Source: Rhodobacteraceae bacterium M385 (GTDB taxonomy: Bacteria; Pseudomonadota; Alphaproteobacteria; Rhodobacterales; Rhodobacteraceae). Taken from it: a stretch of 32,000 nucleotides of DNA. The number at the start of each line of letters is the position of its first letter. The stretch's first letter is position 1. The translations under genes and the position numbers were made by a program. Below the pieces are notes generated by a model. The model was not told the origin of the DNA, searched no databases, and saw nothing but the letters and a program-made list of their open reading frames with translations. Of this stretch, positions 11,761 through 20,298 are shown in pieces. The stretch covers positions 2,384,230 to 2,416,229 of the forward strand of contig CP081102.1 of the NCBI GenBank assembly GCA_025141835.1, read 5' to 3'.

Positions 11761-13065
11761 ATGATCCCCCGCTATTCCCGTCCCGAAATGGTCGCCATCT
11801 GGGAGCCCGCCACGAAGTTCCGCATCTGGTACGAGATCGAGGCCCACGCCTGCGACGCCCAAGCTGATCTGGGCGTGATCCCGCGCGAAAATGCCGACGC
11901 TGTGTGGAAGGCCAAAGACGTTGAATTCGACGTCGCCCGCATTGATGAGATTGAGGCCGTGACCAAGCACGATGTGATCGCCTTCCTGACCCATCTGGCC
12001 GAACATGTGGGCAGCGAAGAAGCGCGTTTTGTGCATCAGGGCATGACCTCGTCCGACGTTCTGGACACTTGCTTGAACGTGCAACTGGTGCGCGCCGCTG
12101 ACATCCTTCTGACCGATATGGATGCGCTTTTGGCGGCCCTGAAAAAGCGTGCGATGGAACATAAGATGACGGTCCGCGTGGGTCGGTCCCACGGTATCCA
12201 CGCCGAGCCCACCACCATGGGTCTGACGTTTGCCCGTTTCTACGCCGAGATGGATCGCAACCGCACCCGTCTGGTGCAGGCCCGCGAAGAAATTGCAACC
12301 GGCGCGATTTCCGGCGCAGTGGGCACCTTCGCCAACATCGACCCCGCCGTTGAGGCCCACGTCTGCGAGAAACTGGGCCTGATCGCAGAGCCGATCTCCA
12401 CCCAGGTCATCCCCCGCGACCGCCACGCGATGTTCTTCGCGACCCTGGGCGTGATCGCGTCTTCTATCGAGAATGTGGCGACAGAGATCCGCCACATGCA
12501 GCGCACGGAAGTTCTTGAAGGGGCGGAGTTTTTCTCGGTCGGGCAAAAGGGCTCTTCCGCGATGCCGCACAAGAAAAACCCGGTCCTGACCGAGAACCTG
12601 ACCGGCCTTGCGCGGTTGGTGCGCATGGCCGTGGTGCCCGCGATGGAGAACGTGGCGCTGTGGCATGAACGCGATATTTCGCATTCCTCTGTGGAACGTT
12701 CCATCGGACCCGACGCGACAGTGACCCTTGATTTCGCCCTGCATCGTTTGACCGGTGTCATCGATAAGATGCTGATCTTCCCCGAAAACATGATGGACAA
12801 CATGAACAAGTACCCCGGTCTTGTGATGTCCCAACGGGTGCTTTTGGCGCTGACGCAAGCAGGCGTTTCCCGCGAAGACGCCTATGCCATGGTGCAGCGC
12901 AACGCCTTGAAAGTATGGGAAGAACGCACTGACTTCCGCGAGGAACTGCTGGCGGATGAGGCCGTTGTAGCAGCCCTTGGCGTGGACGGGATCGAAGAGA
13001 AATTCGACCTTGGGTATCACACCAAGCACGTGGACACGATTTTTGCCCGCGTATTCGGCGAATAA
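11761..13065 (+). CDS. purB: Adenylosuccinate lyase
   Basis: ATG 11761 (MIPRYSRPEMVAIWEPATKFRIWYEIE...). Fumarate-lyase signature GSSAMPHKKNP. 434 aa, typical PurB size. The track ORF start at 11383 is an upstream in-frame extension. Confidence 0.95.
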   Translation: MIPRYSRPEMVAIWEPATKFRIWYEIEAHACDAQADLGVIPRENADAVWKAKDVEFDVARIDEIEAVTKHDVIAFLTHLAEHVGSEEARFVHQGMTSSDVLDTCLNVQLVRAADILLTDMDALLAALKKRAMEHKMTVRVGRSHGIHAEPTTMGLTFARFYAEMDRNRTRLVQAREEIATGAISGAVGTFANIDPAVEAHVCEKLGLIAEPISTQVIPRDRHAMFFATLGVIASSIENVATEIRHMQRTEVLEGAEFFSVGQKGSSAMPHKKNPVLTENLTGLARLVRMAVVPAMENVALWHERDISHSSVERSIGPDATVTLDFALHRLTGVIDKMLIFPENMMDNMNKYPGLVMSQRVLLALTQAGVSREDAYAMVQRNALKVWEERTDFREELLADEAVVAALGVDGIEEKFDLGYHTKHVDTIFARVFGE

Positions 13066-13154
13066 CGCAATTGCTTGACGGCGAACGTCGCGCACTAACC
13101 GATCCTTAATGCTTTGGCTCTACTGATCCTAATGGGTGATGAGAAAGGGCCAAT

Positions 13155-14240
13155 ATGGAAGTGCTGCGCGACGTTCACGGCAATTCGCCTTCGCTATCGC
13201 TAGATGGCGTGGCCAATGGCGGTGCGGGGATGATCGATGTCACCCCCAAACGCATGGGCCAGCAGCAAAAAGCGGCTGTGATCGTGCGGCTATTGCTGGG
13301 GCAAGGCGTATCACCGGGCGTGCAGAAACTGGCGCCACATCACCAAACGCGGCTTGCTCATATCATCTCGGAACTTGGGAATATTGATCGCCAGACCTTG
13401 GCGGCGGTGGTGCGAGAATTCACGGATCGGATCGACAATCTGGCGCTCAGCTTTCCCGATGGGCTTGGTGAAACGATTGATCTTCTGGAACCTCACCTTG
13501 GCGAAGACGCGCTAAGCGCGCTGCGCTCGGCGGCTGCTAATAGCGATGGCAACGACCCGTGGGTACGGATCGCGAAGCAACCGGTGGAGCGGCTCTCTCC
13601 GCTGATGGAAAGCGAAAGCGCTGAAGTTTGCGCCGTGCTTTTGTCAAAGCTGACCGTCGCCAAGGCGGCGGCGCTTCTGGCGGAAGTTCCCGAAGACAGG
13701 GCCCAAATCCTTGCCCATACCGTTGCGCTGACCGAAACGATCTCACCCGATCTGGTGGTCCGCATTGGCGCCGATATCGCCGCGATACTGGACGCGGTGC
13801 CGCCGCAAGCATTCTCCAAAACCGCTGCCGAACGGGTGGGTGCGATCCTGAACTCCACCCCGCAAGCGGCCCGCGACAAAATGCTAGAAGGATTGAACGA
13901 CAAGGACGCGCTCTTCGCCAAGGAAGTGCGCAAATCCATCTTCTCGTTCAACCATATCCCGGAACGCGTCGAACCAGGCGATGTGCCGATCATCGTGCGT
14001 AAAGCGGATGCGCAGTCGATCATCGTGGCATTCGCGGCGGGGCTTTCAACAGCACCTCTCTCGGTGGAATTCCTTTTGGAGAATATGTCAAAGCGCTTGG
14101 CCGAGCAGATGCGCGATGAGGCCGAGGGGCTTGGCGCCCCGAAGCCAGAGGAAGGCGAAGCCGCGATGTCTGATTTGGTCTCCACCATTCGCGACTTGGC
14201 GGATCAGGGGGAAATCACGCTGCTGCCGCCGCCTGAATAA
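13155..14240 (+). CDS. FliG-family flagellar rotor/switch protein homolog, stand-alone
   Basis: N-terminal QQQKAAVIVRLLLGQG (FliG_N-like). C-terminal MSKRLAEQMRDEAEGLGAP...EAAMSDLVSTIRDLADQGEITL resembles the FliG_C torque-helix region. RBS AAGGG about 7 nt upstream of the ATG. Confidence 0.75.
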   Translation: MEVLRDVHGNSPSLSLDGVANGGAGMIDVTPKRMGQQQKAAVIVRLLLGQGVSPGVQKLAPHHQTRLAHIISELGNIDRQTLAAVVREFTDRIDNLALSFPDGLGETIDLLEPHLGEDALSALRSAAANSDGNDPWVRIAKQPVERLSPLMESESAEVCAVLLSKLTVAKAAALLAEVPEDRAQILAHTVALTETISPDLVVRIGADIAAILDAVPPQAFSKTAAERVGAILNSTPQAARDKMLEGLNDKDALFAKEVRKSIFSFNHIPERVEPGDVPIIVRKADAQSIIVAFAAGLSTAPLSVEFLLENMSKRLAEQMRDEAEGLGAPKPEEGEAAMSDLVSTIRDLADQGEITLLPPPE

Positions 14241-14350
14241 GCGCGCCTGCCGCCCGGTCTGACAAGCAACGTTACGACAGGGGGATTGTGAAAAAGGCCC
14301 CGGGCGGCAAAGATCAGGCCAACCGGAACACGCCAAGGGGCCTGAACGCG

Positions 14351-15232
14351 ATGCAACTGACACTTACTGACCGCTTCTGGCGGGCCATGGCACGCTATGT
14401 TGACCGCACCGCTTTGCGCCTCATCCCCTCGCAACCCATTCTTCGCAAGCTATTTTCCCTCACCGCAAGGATGGGGGCCGCACTGCCCAAGGGCACGGCA
14501 GTAACCGAAAAAGCCGACGGCAGCTTGCACATCCTTCCAACCGGTGTCGCCCCGGATGCCCCGGTCCTTTTGTACCTGCACGGTGGCGGCTTCACCATTG
14601 GCAGCCCTCGCACCCACGCCGCGTTGGTGGCCCATTTGGCCGCTGCATCCGGGCTTCGCGCTGTCGTCCCGAAGTACCGCCTTGCGCCAGAACACCCCTT
14701 CCCCGCGGCCAAACTTGACGCCATCGCGGGGTTTGACGCTTTGGTTCAGGCCCGAACGCCGCCGGTCGCCATCTGCGGTGACAGTGCGGGCGGTTGTCTG
14801 ACCTTGCAGGTGGCTTGTCATGCCCGCGACAGTGGTGCGCCGATGCCAAAGGCGCTCGGCCTGCTGGCCCCGATCGCCGATCTGTCGGGCGAGGTCGAAG
14901 CGCGTTTCGCAGAGGCGGAGGATGAAATCCTGATCCCGCCATCGTGGCCCGAGCGCATAAAAGACGTCTACTTACCGGGGATGGACCGCGACAGCGCAGA
15001 GATCTCGCCCCTGTCTGATGACCTCACCAACTTGCCCCCAACCCTGATCCAAGCCGCCACCGGAGAGGCCTTGGTTCAAGACGCCAAGCGGCTGCTCGAC
15101 GCGATGGATGACGCCACGCTCGACTTGTGGCCCGGCTTGCCCCACGTCTGGCAACTGCACGCCGGAAAAGCCCCCGCCGCCGATGCCGCCATCGCGAAGA
15201 TAGGTGCATTTCTGGCAGCCAAAGTCGCGTGA
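14351..15232 (+). CDS. Alpha/beta hydrolase, hormone-sensitive-lipase-like esterase family
   Basis: Oxyanion motif LHGGGF and nucleophile motif GDSAGG. The start is uncertain (ATG 14351 preferred over the track GTG 14288). Confidence 0.8.
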   Translation: MQLTLTDRFWRAMARYVDRTALRLIPSQPILRKLFSLTARMGAALPKGTAVTEKADGSLHILPTGVAPDAPVLLYLHGGGFTIGSPRTHAALVAHLAAASGLRAVVPKYRLAPEHPFPAAKLDAIAGFDALVQARTPPVAICGDSAGGCLTLQVACHARDSGAPMPKALGLLAPIADLSGEVEARFAEAEDEILIPPSWPERIKDVYLPGMDRDSAEISPLSDDLTNLPPTLIQAATGEALVQDAKRLLDAMDDATLDLWPGLPHVWQLHAGKAPAADAAIAKIGAFLAAKVA

Positions 15233-15246
15233 CCTCCGCCGCAGCG

Positions 15247-15275
15247 CTTGCCCCTAGCCATGGGCCAGAGGCAAG
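15247..15275. terminator. Weak hairpin between the convergent esterase and LCCL genes
   Basis: CTTGCCCCT / AGAGGCAAG (9 bp, one mismatch), 11-nt loop. Only a distant T-run (GATTTTA) on the + strand. Confidence 0.3.
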
Positions 15276-15294
15276 ACTTAGTGCCTTGATTTTA

Positions 15295-15975
15295 CTAGTG
15301 GAAAGAATAGCTCCGCGGCCATTCTCCATAATCTGACGAGACAACACCATTGCGCTCGGACCCGCCGTAGTTCGGCTGTGATCCCAAAATGCGCACCGTC
15401 ACGACTCCGCCCGTCGCCGCCGCGATGTGCCCGCGATGGGCCGCTGCCGCGCAAATTGCGCTGTCAGAGGTGTAGACATCCGTGCCCCAAACCGAACCGC
15501 CGCCAAGGCTATCGGCGGGACAAGCAAGTGAAATGACCTCTCCCACCGCACTCGCGACGCCTAGGGAATCCGCACTGTCGCCCCAAGCGATCTGCCGGAC
15601 ACCGCCGCCAAGGGGCGTCGCGCCAGTGATCTGGAAGCTTGCGCTCCATGGTCCGTAATCCGATGAAGTTACACCATTTTGTGCCGATCCGGGGTAGGAA
15701 TCCAGCCCAGGCACCTGGCGGAAATCAACCAGCCCGCCCTGGTTGTGGGCGATCCAGCCATAGTGCACGGCCGCGGTGCAAATGGAGCTGTCAGAGGTAT
15801 AGGTGCCGGTGCCCCAGACCGAGCCGAACGGCCCGTTCGGCGCGCATTCCACCTGCCCTGTCGCCCCCGCGCCCGTCGCCCCAAGGGAGATCAAATTGGC
15901 GTTCCAATCGGCCCATGCGGGGCTGGAAAGCAGCAAGGTCGCGGCAACGCTGGTCTTCAAAAAGTTGGAGATCAT
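15295..15975 (-). CDS. Secreted protein with two tandem LCCL domains
   Basis: Start set at ATG 15975. Signal peptide MISNFLKTSVAATLLLSSPAWA/DW. Two repeats match the LCCL pattern C..(S)VWGT..YTSDS.IC.AA.H.G.I....GG.V......Y.GS..NGV.SSDYG.W..S(F/Y). Confidence 0.8.
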   Translation of the reverse strand: MISNFLKTSVAATLLLSSPAWADWNANLISLGATGAGATGQVECAPNGPFGSVWGTGTYTSDSSICTAAVHYGWIAHNQGGLVDFRQVPGLDSYPGSAQNGVTSSDYGPWSASFQITGATPLGGGVRQIAWGDSADSLGVASAVGEVISLACPADSLGGGSVWGTDVYTSDSAICAAAAHRGHIAAATGGVVTVRILGSQPNYGGSERNGVVSSDYGEWPRSYSFH

Positions 15976-16157
15976 CGGAGAGCCTTTCAAAATTCTTCAC
16001 ATAAATTCAATGAACCACACGCAAATCGCGCGTACAGCCTGCGGGGCACGTGAAAGCAAACCCCGTATCCAAGCCACAGCCATTCATGGCCGCAATCTTG
16101 CCCGAACGCCGCGCGATCAGGCAACAAAAATTTTGAATGTTGATGAAGCGCCGAGCG

Positions 16158-16937
16158 CTAAGCCACGTCACTTACTGTCACGGGCATTCTGCCGGCGGCC
16201 CAAGCAGCGGCGGCCTCACCGAAGGCAGAAAACAGCGGGCGAGACACCGGATCGTCGGCGGCCCGATACTCGGGGTGCCACTGAACCGACAGGGTAAATC
16301 CGGGGGCGTCGGCGATATAAATCGCCTCGGGCGTGCCATCGGGGGCATGGCCATCAATCACCACACGGGGGCCCGCTTTCTTGATCCCTTGGCCGTGCAG
16401 CGTGTTGGTCATCACCTCTCGGGCGCCCATCAAACGGTGGAACGGCCCGCCCTCGGTGAAGGTCACTTTGTGGCGCAGCTCAAACTTTTCCTCAATCGTG
16501 CCGTCTGGGGGCATCCGATGGTTCATCCGGCCCGGCAGATCACGGATTTCAGGATAGAGTGACCCGCCCATGGCGACGTTAACCTCTTGAAAGCCCCGGC
16601 AAAGTCCAAGGATCGGTTGCCCCCGTTCGACGCAGGCGCGGATCAACGGCAAGGTCAGTGCGTCCCGATCCCTGTCCATGGTGCCGTGCGCTTCGGTATA
16701 ATCTTCACCGTATTCTTCGGGGTGCACATTGGGCCGCCCGCCGGTGAAAACAAAGCCCGCACAGGTCGCCAATAGCGACTCGAAATCCACGAATTCGGGG
16801 TTGGAAGGCACGATCAACGGCAAGCCGCCCGAGACTTCTGCCACGGCTTCCGAGTTCATTATGCCGCCCGCATGGGTCGCATATTGATCGTTGATAAGGT
16901 GGTGGTTGCCGATAATGCCAATGACGGGGCGGGTCAT
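16158..16937 (-). CDS. Class I glutamine amidotransferase / peptidase C26, gamma-glutamyl-GABA hydrolase (PuuD)-like
   Basis: Nucleophile motif GLCRGFQEVNVAMGG and His/Glu region VQWHPEY. Confidence 0.85.
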   Translation of the reverse strand: MTRPVIGIIGNHHLINDQYATHAGGIMNSEAVAEVSGGLPLIVPSNPEFVDFESLLATCAGFVFTGGRPNVHPEEYGEDYTEAHGTMDRDRDALTLPLIRACVERGQPILGLCRGFQEVNVAMGGSLYPEIRDLPGRMNHRMPPDGTIEEKFELRHKVTFTEGGPFHRLMGAREVMTNTLHGQGIKKAGPRVVIDGHAPDGTPEAIYIADAPGFTLSVQWHPEYRAADDPVSRPLFSAFGEAAAAWAAGRMPVTVSDVA

Positions 16938-17054
16938 GTTGCTTCCAGAATTGTGCTATACTGCCTATCTAACGAGGAGTTGGCGCAAGGAAAAGGCGCT
17001 TGCCCGCGCAGTCACTGTCGCAAGGGCGCACGGACCAACAAAACGGAGGGCGCG

Positions 17055-18263
17055 ATGATTTATAAGCTGAATGATCCAGCGTTCCTGTCTGATCCGACCA
17101 AACAATTGGCACAGATGCGATCCGAGGGGCCGTTGGTTCGGGTAAAAATCCCGGTGATTGGCACCATATGGATGACAACCACCGATGAAGCCGCCCGCAA
17201 ACTCTTGAAATCACCGGAGCTTTTCCGCCGCGATCCGGCCCCGATCACCGGCAAATCTCTTGCGCGGCGGTTCTGGTGGATGCCGTCCGCGATCAAGCCG
17301 ATGCTTAACACGATGATTGTGCAGGATGATCCGGACCACCGTCGCCAAAGGCGGTTGGTCGAACTGGCTTTCGCGCGCACCAGCATTGAAGATTTGCGTC
17401 CGAAGATTGAGACGATGGCGGAAAACTTGCTGGACGCCTTGCCCGCAAGCGGTTCGGTTAACATCATTAACCACTACACGCGCCCCCTGCCCTTTCTGGC
17501 GATCTGCGCTTTGCTTGGCGTCCCCGAGGCCACCCATGCCCGATTGACCGCCCGCATTGCGCCGCTCAGCTCTGTGACCAATCCAATTCGGGCGTTCTTC
17601 GCCATGATGCGTTTGAAGGGCGTCCATAAGGAGTTTCGGGCGCTGTTTGCCGCGGCCCAATCCGCGCCCCCCGGTCCCGACCTGATCTCGGCCCTTGTCC
17701 ATGCCGAAGAAGACGGCACCCGGTTGAGCGACGGGGAACTGCTTTCCATCGTAATGCTCCTGTTTCTTGCGGGCCATGAAACCACGGTGCATTTGATTAA
17801 CGTCGCGATCGTTGCGATGGCCGAGGATGCGACCCTGAGCGCGCAATTCCGCGACGCGCCCGATGGCCGCCATCTGATGATCGAGGAATTCCTCCGCTTC
17901 TATTCCCCGGTGATGATGACCAAAGCGATGTTCGCGGCGGAAGATACCAGTGCCCTCGGCACCCCAGTGAAGAAGGGTGACATGATTTCAGCGCTACTGA
18001 TTGGCGCGAACCACGACCCCGCCCGCGTTTCTTGCCCAGGCACGCTTCGGGCTGACCGTAAGCCCAACGCGCATCTCGGGTTCGGCTTTGGCCCCCACGT
18101 CTGCCTAGGGATGCAATTGGCAAGGATCGAGGCAAGCGTCGCGTTAAATGCGCTGTTGCGCCGCTATCCCACGCTGTCCCTTGCAGAGCCGCCGAAGTGG
18201 CTCAACCGGCCGGGCCTGCGCGCGTTCAGCAAGGTTACCCTTGCCTTGCCACCCAAGGCTTAA
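17055..18263 (+). CDS. Cytochrome P450
   Basis: ATG 17055 (RBS ACGGAGGG). I-helix LFLAGHETT, ExxR EEFLRF, heme-thiolate loop FGFGPHVCLGMQLA. The track start 16872 is an upstream extension overlapping the divergent gene. Confidence 0.92.
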   Translation: MIYKLNDPAFLSDPTKQLAQMRSEGPLVRVKIPVIGTIWMTTTDEAARKLLKSPELFRRDPAPITGKSLARRFWWMPSAIKPMLNTMIVQDDPDHRRQRRLVELAFARTSIEDLRPKIETMAENLLDALPASGSVNIINHYTRPLPFLAICALLGVPEATHARLTARIAPLSSVTNPIRAFFAMMRLKGVHKEFRALFAAAQSAPPGPDLISALVHAEEDGTRLSDGELLSIVMLLFLAGHETTVHLINVAIVAMAEDATLSAQFRDAPDGRHLMIEEFLRFYSPVMMTKAMFAAEDTSALGTPVKKGDMISALLIGANHDPARVSCPGTLRADRKPNAHLGFGFGPHVCLGMQLARIEASVALNALLRRYPTLSLAEPPKWLNRPGLRAFSKVTLALPPKA

Positions 18264-18317
18264 CCCTTTCCAATCGAGAAAACCGCGCTACCTCTTGCCC
18301 CCCATGAGAGCGCCCCG

Positions 18318-18869
18318 ATGCCCCAGCCGCCCCTTCGCCTTCCGAACCGCCGCACGCGCCTGAAGCTGCTGCACTGGGGAATCATCCCGTTTTTCATCTG
18401 GTTTATTTTCGCAGATCCCGACGCGCTGCGCAGGTTGGGCCCGGGATGGTTTCAACTACACTCGATAAATGGGCTGATCTTCGTGACCCTCGCCCTTGTG
18501 TGGACGGTATCGCACCTCTGCAGGGGGCTGGCCTCGCGCCCCGGCCCCAAGCTGCCGCCCCGCGCCCGAGCGCTCCATCCGGTTTTGCATAAGAGCTTGA
18601 TATGGGGCCTGTTTTGCGTGGCCCTGACAGGGTTTGGGTTGGGGTTAACCTCGGCTGTGATGCTCCGGGCGGGGGGTGTCTTGCCCATCGCGCCGCCGTT
18701 GGATTTACCCGAGGCCCACCGTGTCGTGTCGTGGGTCCATGTCTATCAGTTCTACGGGCTGGCTTTGATCGCAATCCTGCACGCGGGCTTCCATATCTGG
18801 CGCCACGTCTATCTGCGCGACAATGCGTTGCGGATCATGGCCCCCAAGGCGCTGCACCGGTTTTTGTAA
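18318..18869 (+). CDS. Cytochrome b561-family (CybB-like) membrane di-heme protein
   Basis: Four TM helices, each carrying a His at a heme-ligand-like position (LLHWGIIPFF; LHSINGLIF...VSHL; HKSLIWGLF; ILHAGFHIWRH). Confidence 0.7.
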   Translation: MPQPPLRLPNRRTRLKLLHWGIIPFFIWFIFADPDALRRLGPGWFQLHSINGLIFVTLALVWTVSHLCRGLASRPGPKLPPRARALHPVLHKSLIWGLFCVALTGFGLGLTSAVMLRAGGVLPIAPPLDLPEAHRVVSWVHVYQFYGLALIAILHAGFHIWRHVYLRDNALRIMAPKALHRFL

Positions 18870-18976
18870 CGGCAATGCCTGCACGGCTCTGCCAAGCGGC
18901 GGTTTTCCCTGCTTGAATCTGTCTGCAACTCGCAAGACACTGGGGCCATCACGCATTCCACCGGAAGACCTTTCCC

Positions 18977-20119
18977 ATGTCCGATACCTTCGATAGCACG
19001 CCCGAGTCCGCCCGCCCCGAGGATGAGCACCGTTTCCCATGCTCTAACTGCGGCTCTGACATGCGATTTGCCCCAACCGAAGGGAAAATGATCTGCGATC
19101 ACTGTGGCAACGAAGAACCGATCGAGGTCGAAGACGGCCCTTGGAACGGCGAGTCTGCTGGCGAAGGCTCTGCCCTTGTGGAGAACGATTTCGAAGCGGC
19201 CTTGCGCGGCGAAGTTGATGCCGCCGAGATGGAAGAAACCCGCGTCTCGGCCTGCCCCTCTTGCGGGGCGCAGGTGCAGTTTGACGGGGCCGATCACAGC
19301 CAGGAGTGCCCTTTCTGCGCGACGCCAGTGGTGGCGGATACGGGCACCCATCGCCACATCAAGCCCAAGGGGCTCGTACCGTTCCAACTGACCGAGCGCG
19401 AGGCGAAAAAGGCCATGAACGATTGGCTTGGCGGGCTGTGGTTCGCCCCCGGCGGACTGAAGGAATACGCCCGAAAAGAAAGCAGCCTGGACGGGATTTA
19501 TGTGCCTTATTGGACATATGATGCCGACACGAATACCAGCTATCGCGGCCAGAAGGGCACGGCCTATTACGTGACGGTGCAAGGCCCCGATGGAAAGCCC
19601 CGGCAGGAACGTCGCATCCGTTGGACCCGCGCGTTCGGGCGGGTTAGCCGGTTCTTTGACGATATCCTCGTGCTGGCCTCCAAATCGCTGCCCAAACGCT
19701 ACACCGACGCGCTGGCCCCTTGGGATCTGAGCGCGCTGGCGGAATATCGGCCCGAGTTCCTGTCGGGCTTTCGCGCCGAAGGTTATACAGTCGAGCTGGA
19801 CGAAGGCATGGTTGAGGCACGGGCGATTATGAATGCCCAGATCGAACGCGACATTCGCCGCGACATCGGCGGGGATGCCCAGAAGATCGACGCGATGAAT
19901 ACCCATGTGGATGACGTGACCTTCAAGCACATCCTGCTGCCCGTCTGGATCGCCGCCTATAAGTATCGCGACAAAAGCTATCGTTTCGTGGTGAACGCCC
20001 AAAGCGGCAAGGTGCAGGGCGAACGCCCCTACAGCTGGGGCAAGATCGCGCTGGCCGTTATTGGTGCCATCGTGATCGCGGGCGCCGTTCTGTACGGTCT
20101 GGAGCTGATGGACCGCTGA
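18977..20119 (+). CDS. Double zinc-ribbon protein with a C-terminal membrane anchor, function unknown
   Basis: Two CxxC...CxxC ribbons (CSNCGS..CDHCGN; CPSCGA..CPFCAT). Conserved-looking core ...ILLPVWIAAYKYRDKSYRFVVNAQSGKVQGERP. Terminal TM KIALAVIGAIVIAGAVLYGL. Confidence 0.75.
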   Translation: MSDTFDSTPESARPEDEHRFPCSNCGSDMRFAPTEGKMICDHCGNEEPIEVEDGPWNGESAGEGSALVENDFEAALRGEVDAAEMEETRVSACPSCGAQVQFDGADHSQECPFCATPVVADTGTHRHIKPKGLVPFQLTEREAKKAMNDWLGGLWFAPGGLKEYARKESSLDGIYVPYWTYDADTNTSYRGQKGTAYYVTVQGPDGKPRQERRIRWTRAFGRVSRFFDDILVLASKSLPKRYTDALAPWDLSALAEYRPEFLSGFRAEGYTVELDEGMVEARAIMNAQIERDIRRDIGGDAQKIDAMNTHVDDVTFKHILLPVWIAAYKYRDKSYRFVVNAQSGKVQGERPYSWGKIALAVIGAIVIAGAVLYGLELMDR

Positions 20120-20134
20120 TCTCGTTGCGATAGG

Positions 20135-20209
20135 CGAACGGCTTATCCGCAGGGCGTCTTCGCCGTTATAATCCGCGCCGGCGAAGACGCTGCGCGGATG
20201 AGCCGTTTG
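20135..20209. repeat. Long imperfect inverted repeat forming an extended two-helix hairpin
   Basis: Inner helix GCGTCTTCGCCG (20154-20165) / CGGCGAAGACGC (20179-20190), perfect 12 bp. Outer helix CGGCTTATCCGC / GCGGATGAGCCG, 12 bp with one G-U. The helices are separated by a 3x3 internal loop. The 13-nt apical loop contains TTATAAT. The repeat begins 15 nt after the stop of the zinc-ribbon gene. Confidence 0.8.
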
Positions 20210-20226
20210 GCCATTGTCGTGCGATT

Positions 20227-20264
20227 GCGGTAACAACAGGCTTCCCCCACGGGCCTGTTACCGC
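20227..20264 (+). other. Second stem-loop in the same intergenic region, in the 5' leader of the fructokinase gene
   Basis: GCGGTAAC(AAC)AGGC ... GCCTGTTACCGC: 12 bp with a 3-nt bulge. No U-tract. About 35 nt upstream of the frk ATG (RBS GGAGAG). Confidence 0.5.
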
Positions 20265-20298
20265 TAACACTCACCCGCAACCAAGATGGAGAGACCCC

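Noticed and set aside
13069-13076. GCAATTGC core downstream of purB, shared with the centre of the 18-bp palindrome at 2603-2620
   Set aside because: An 8-bp palindrome is expected roughly once per 256 positions by chance, and the flanks do not extend the match.
11665-13095. Upstream 1.4 kb of the 612-aa minus-strand ORF
   Set aside because: It is antisense to purB and its composition is low-complexity His/Gly/Arg-rich. Only the last 408 nt (11257-11664) look like a real gene.
14252-14315. 8-bp inverted repeat CCGCCCGG ... CCGGGCGG after the fliG-like gene
   Set aside because: The arms are separated by roughly 45 nt, there is no U-tract, and the right arm lies in the possible esterase N-terminal extension. 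Not a convincing terminator.
18809-20236. 475-aa minus-strand ORF
   Set aside because: It is antisense to the zinc-ribbon gene and runs through the intergenic inverted repeat. No motifs and a junk-like composition.
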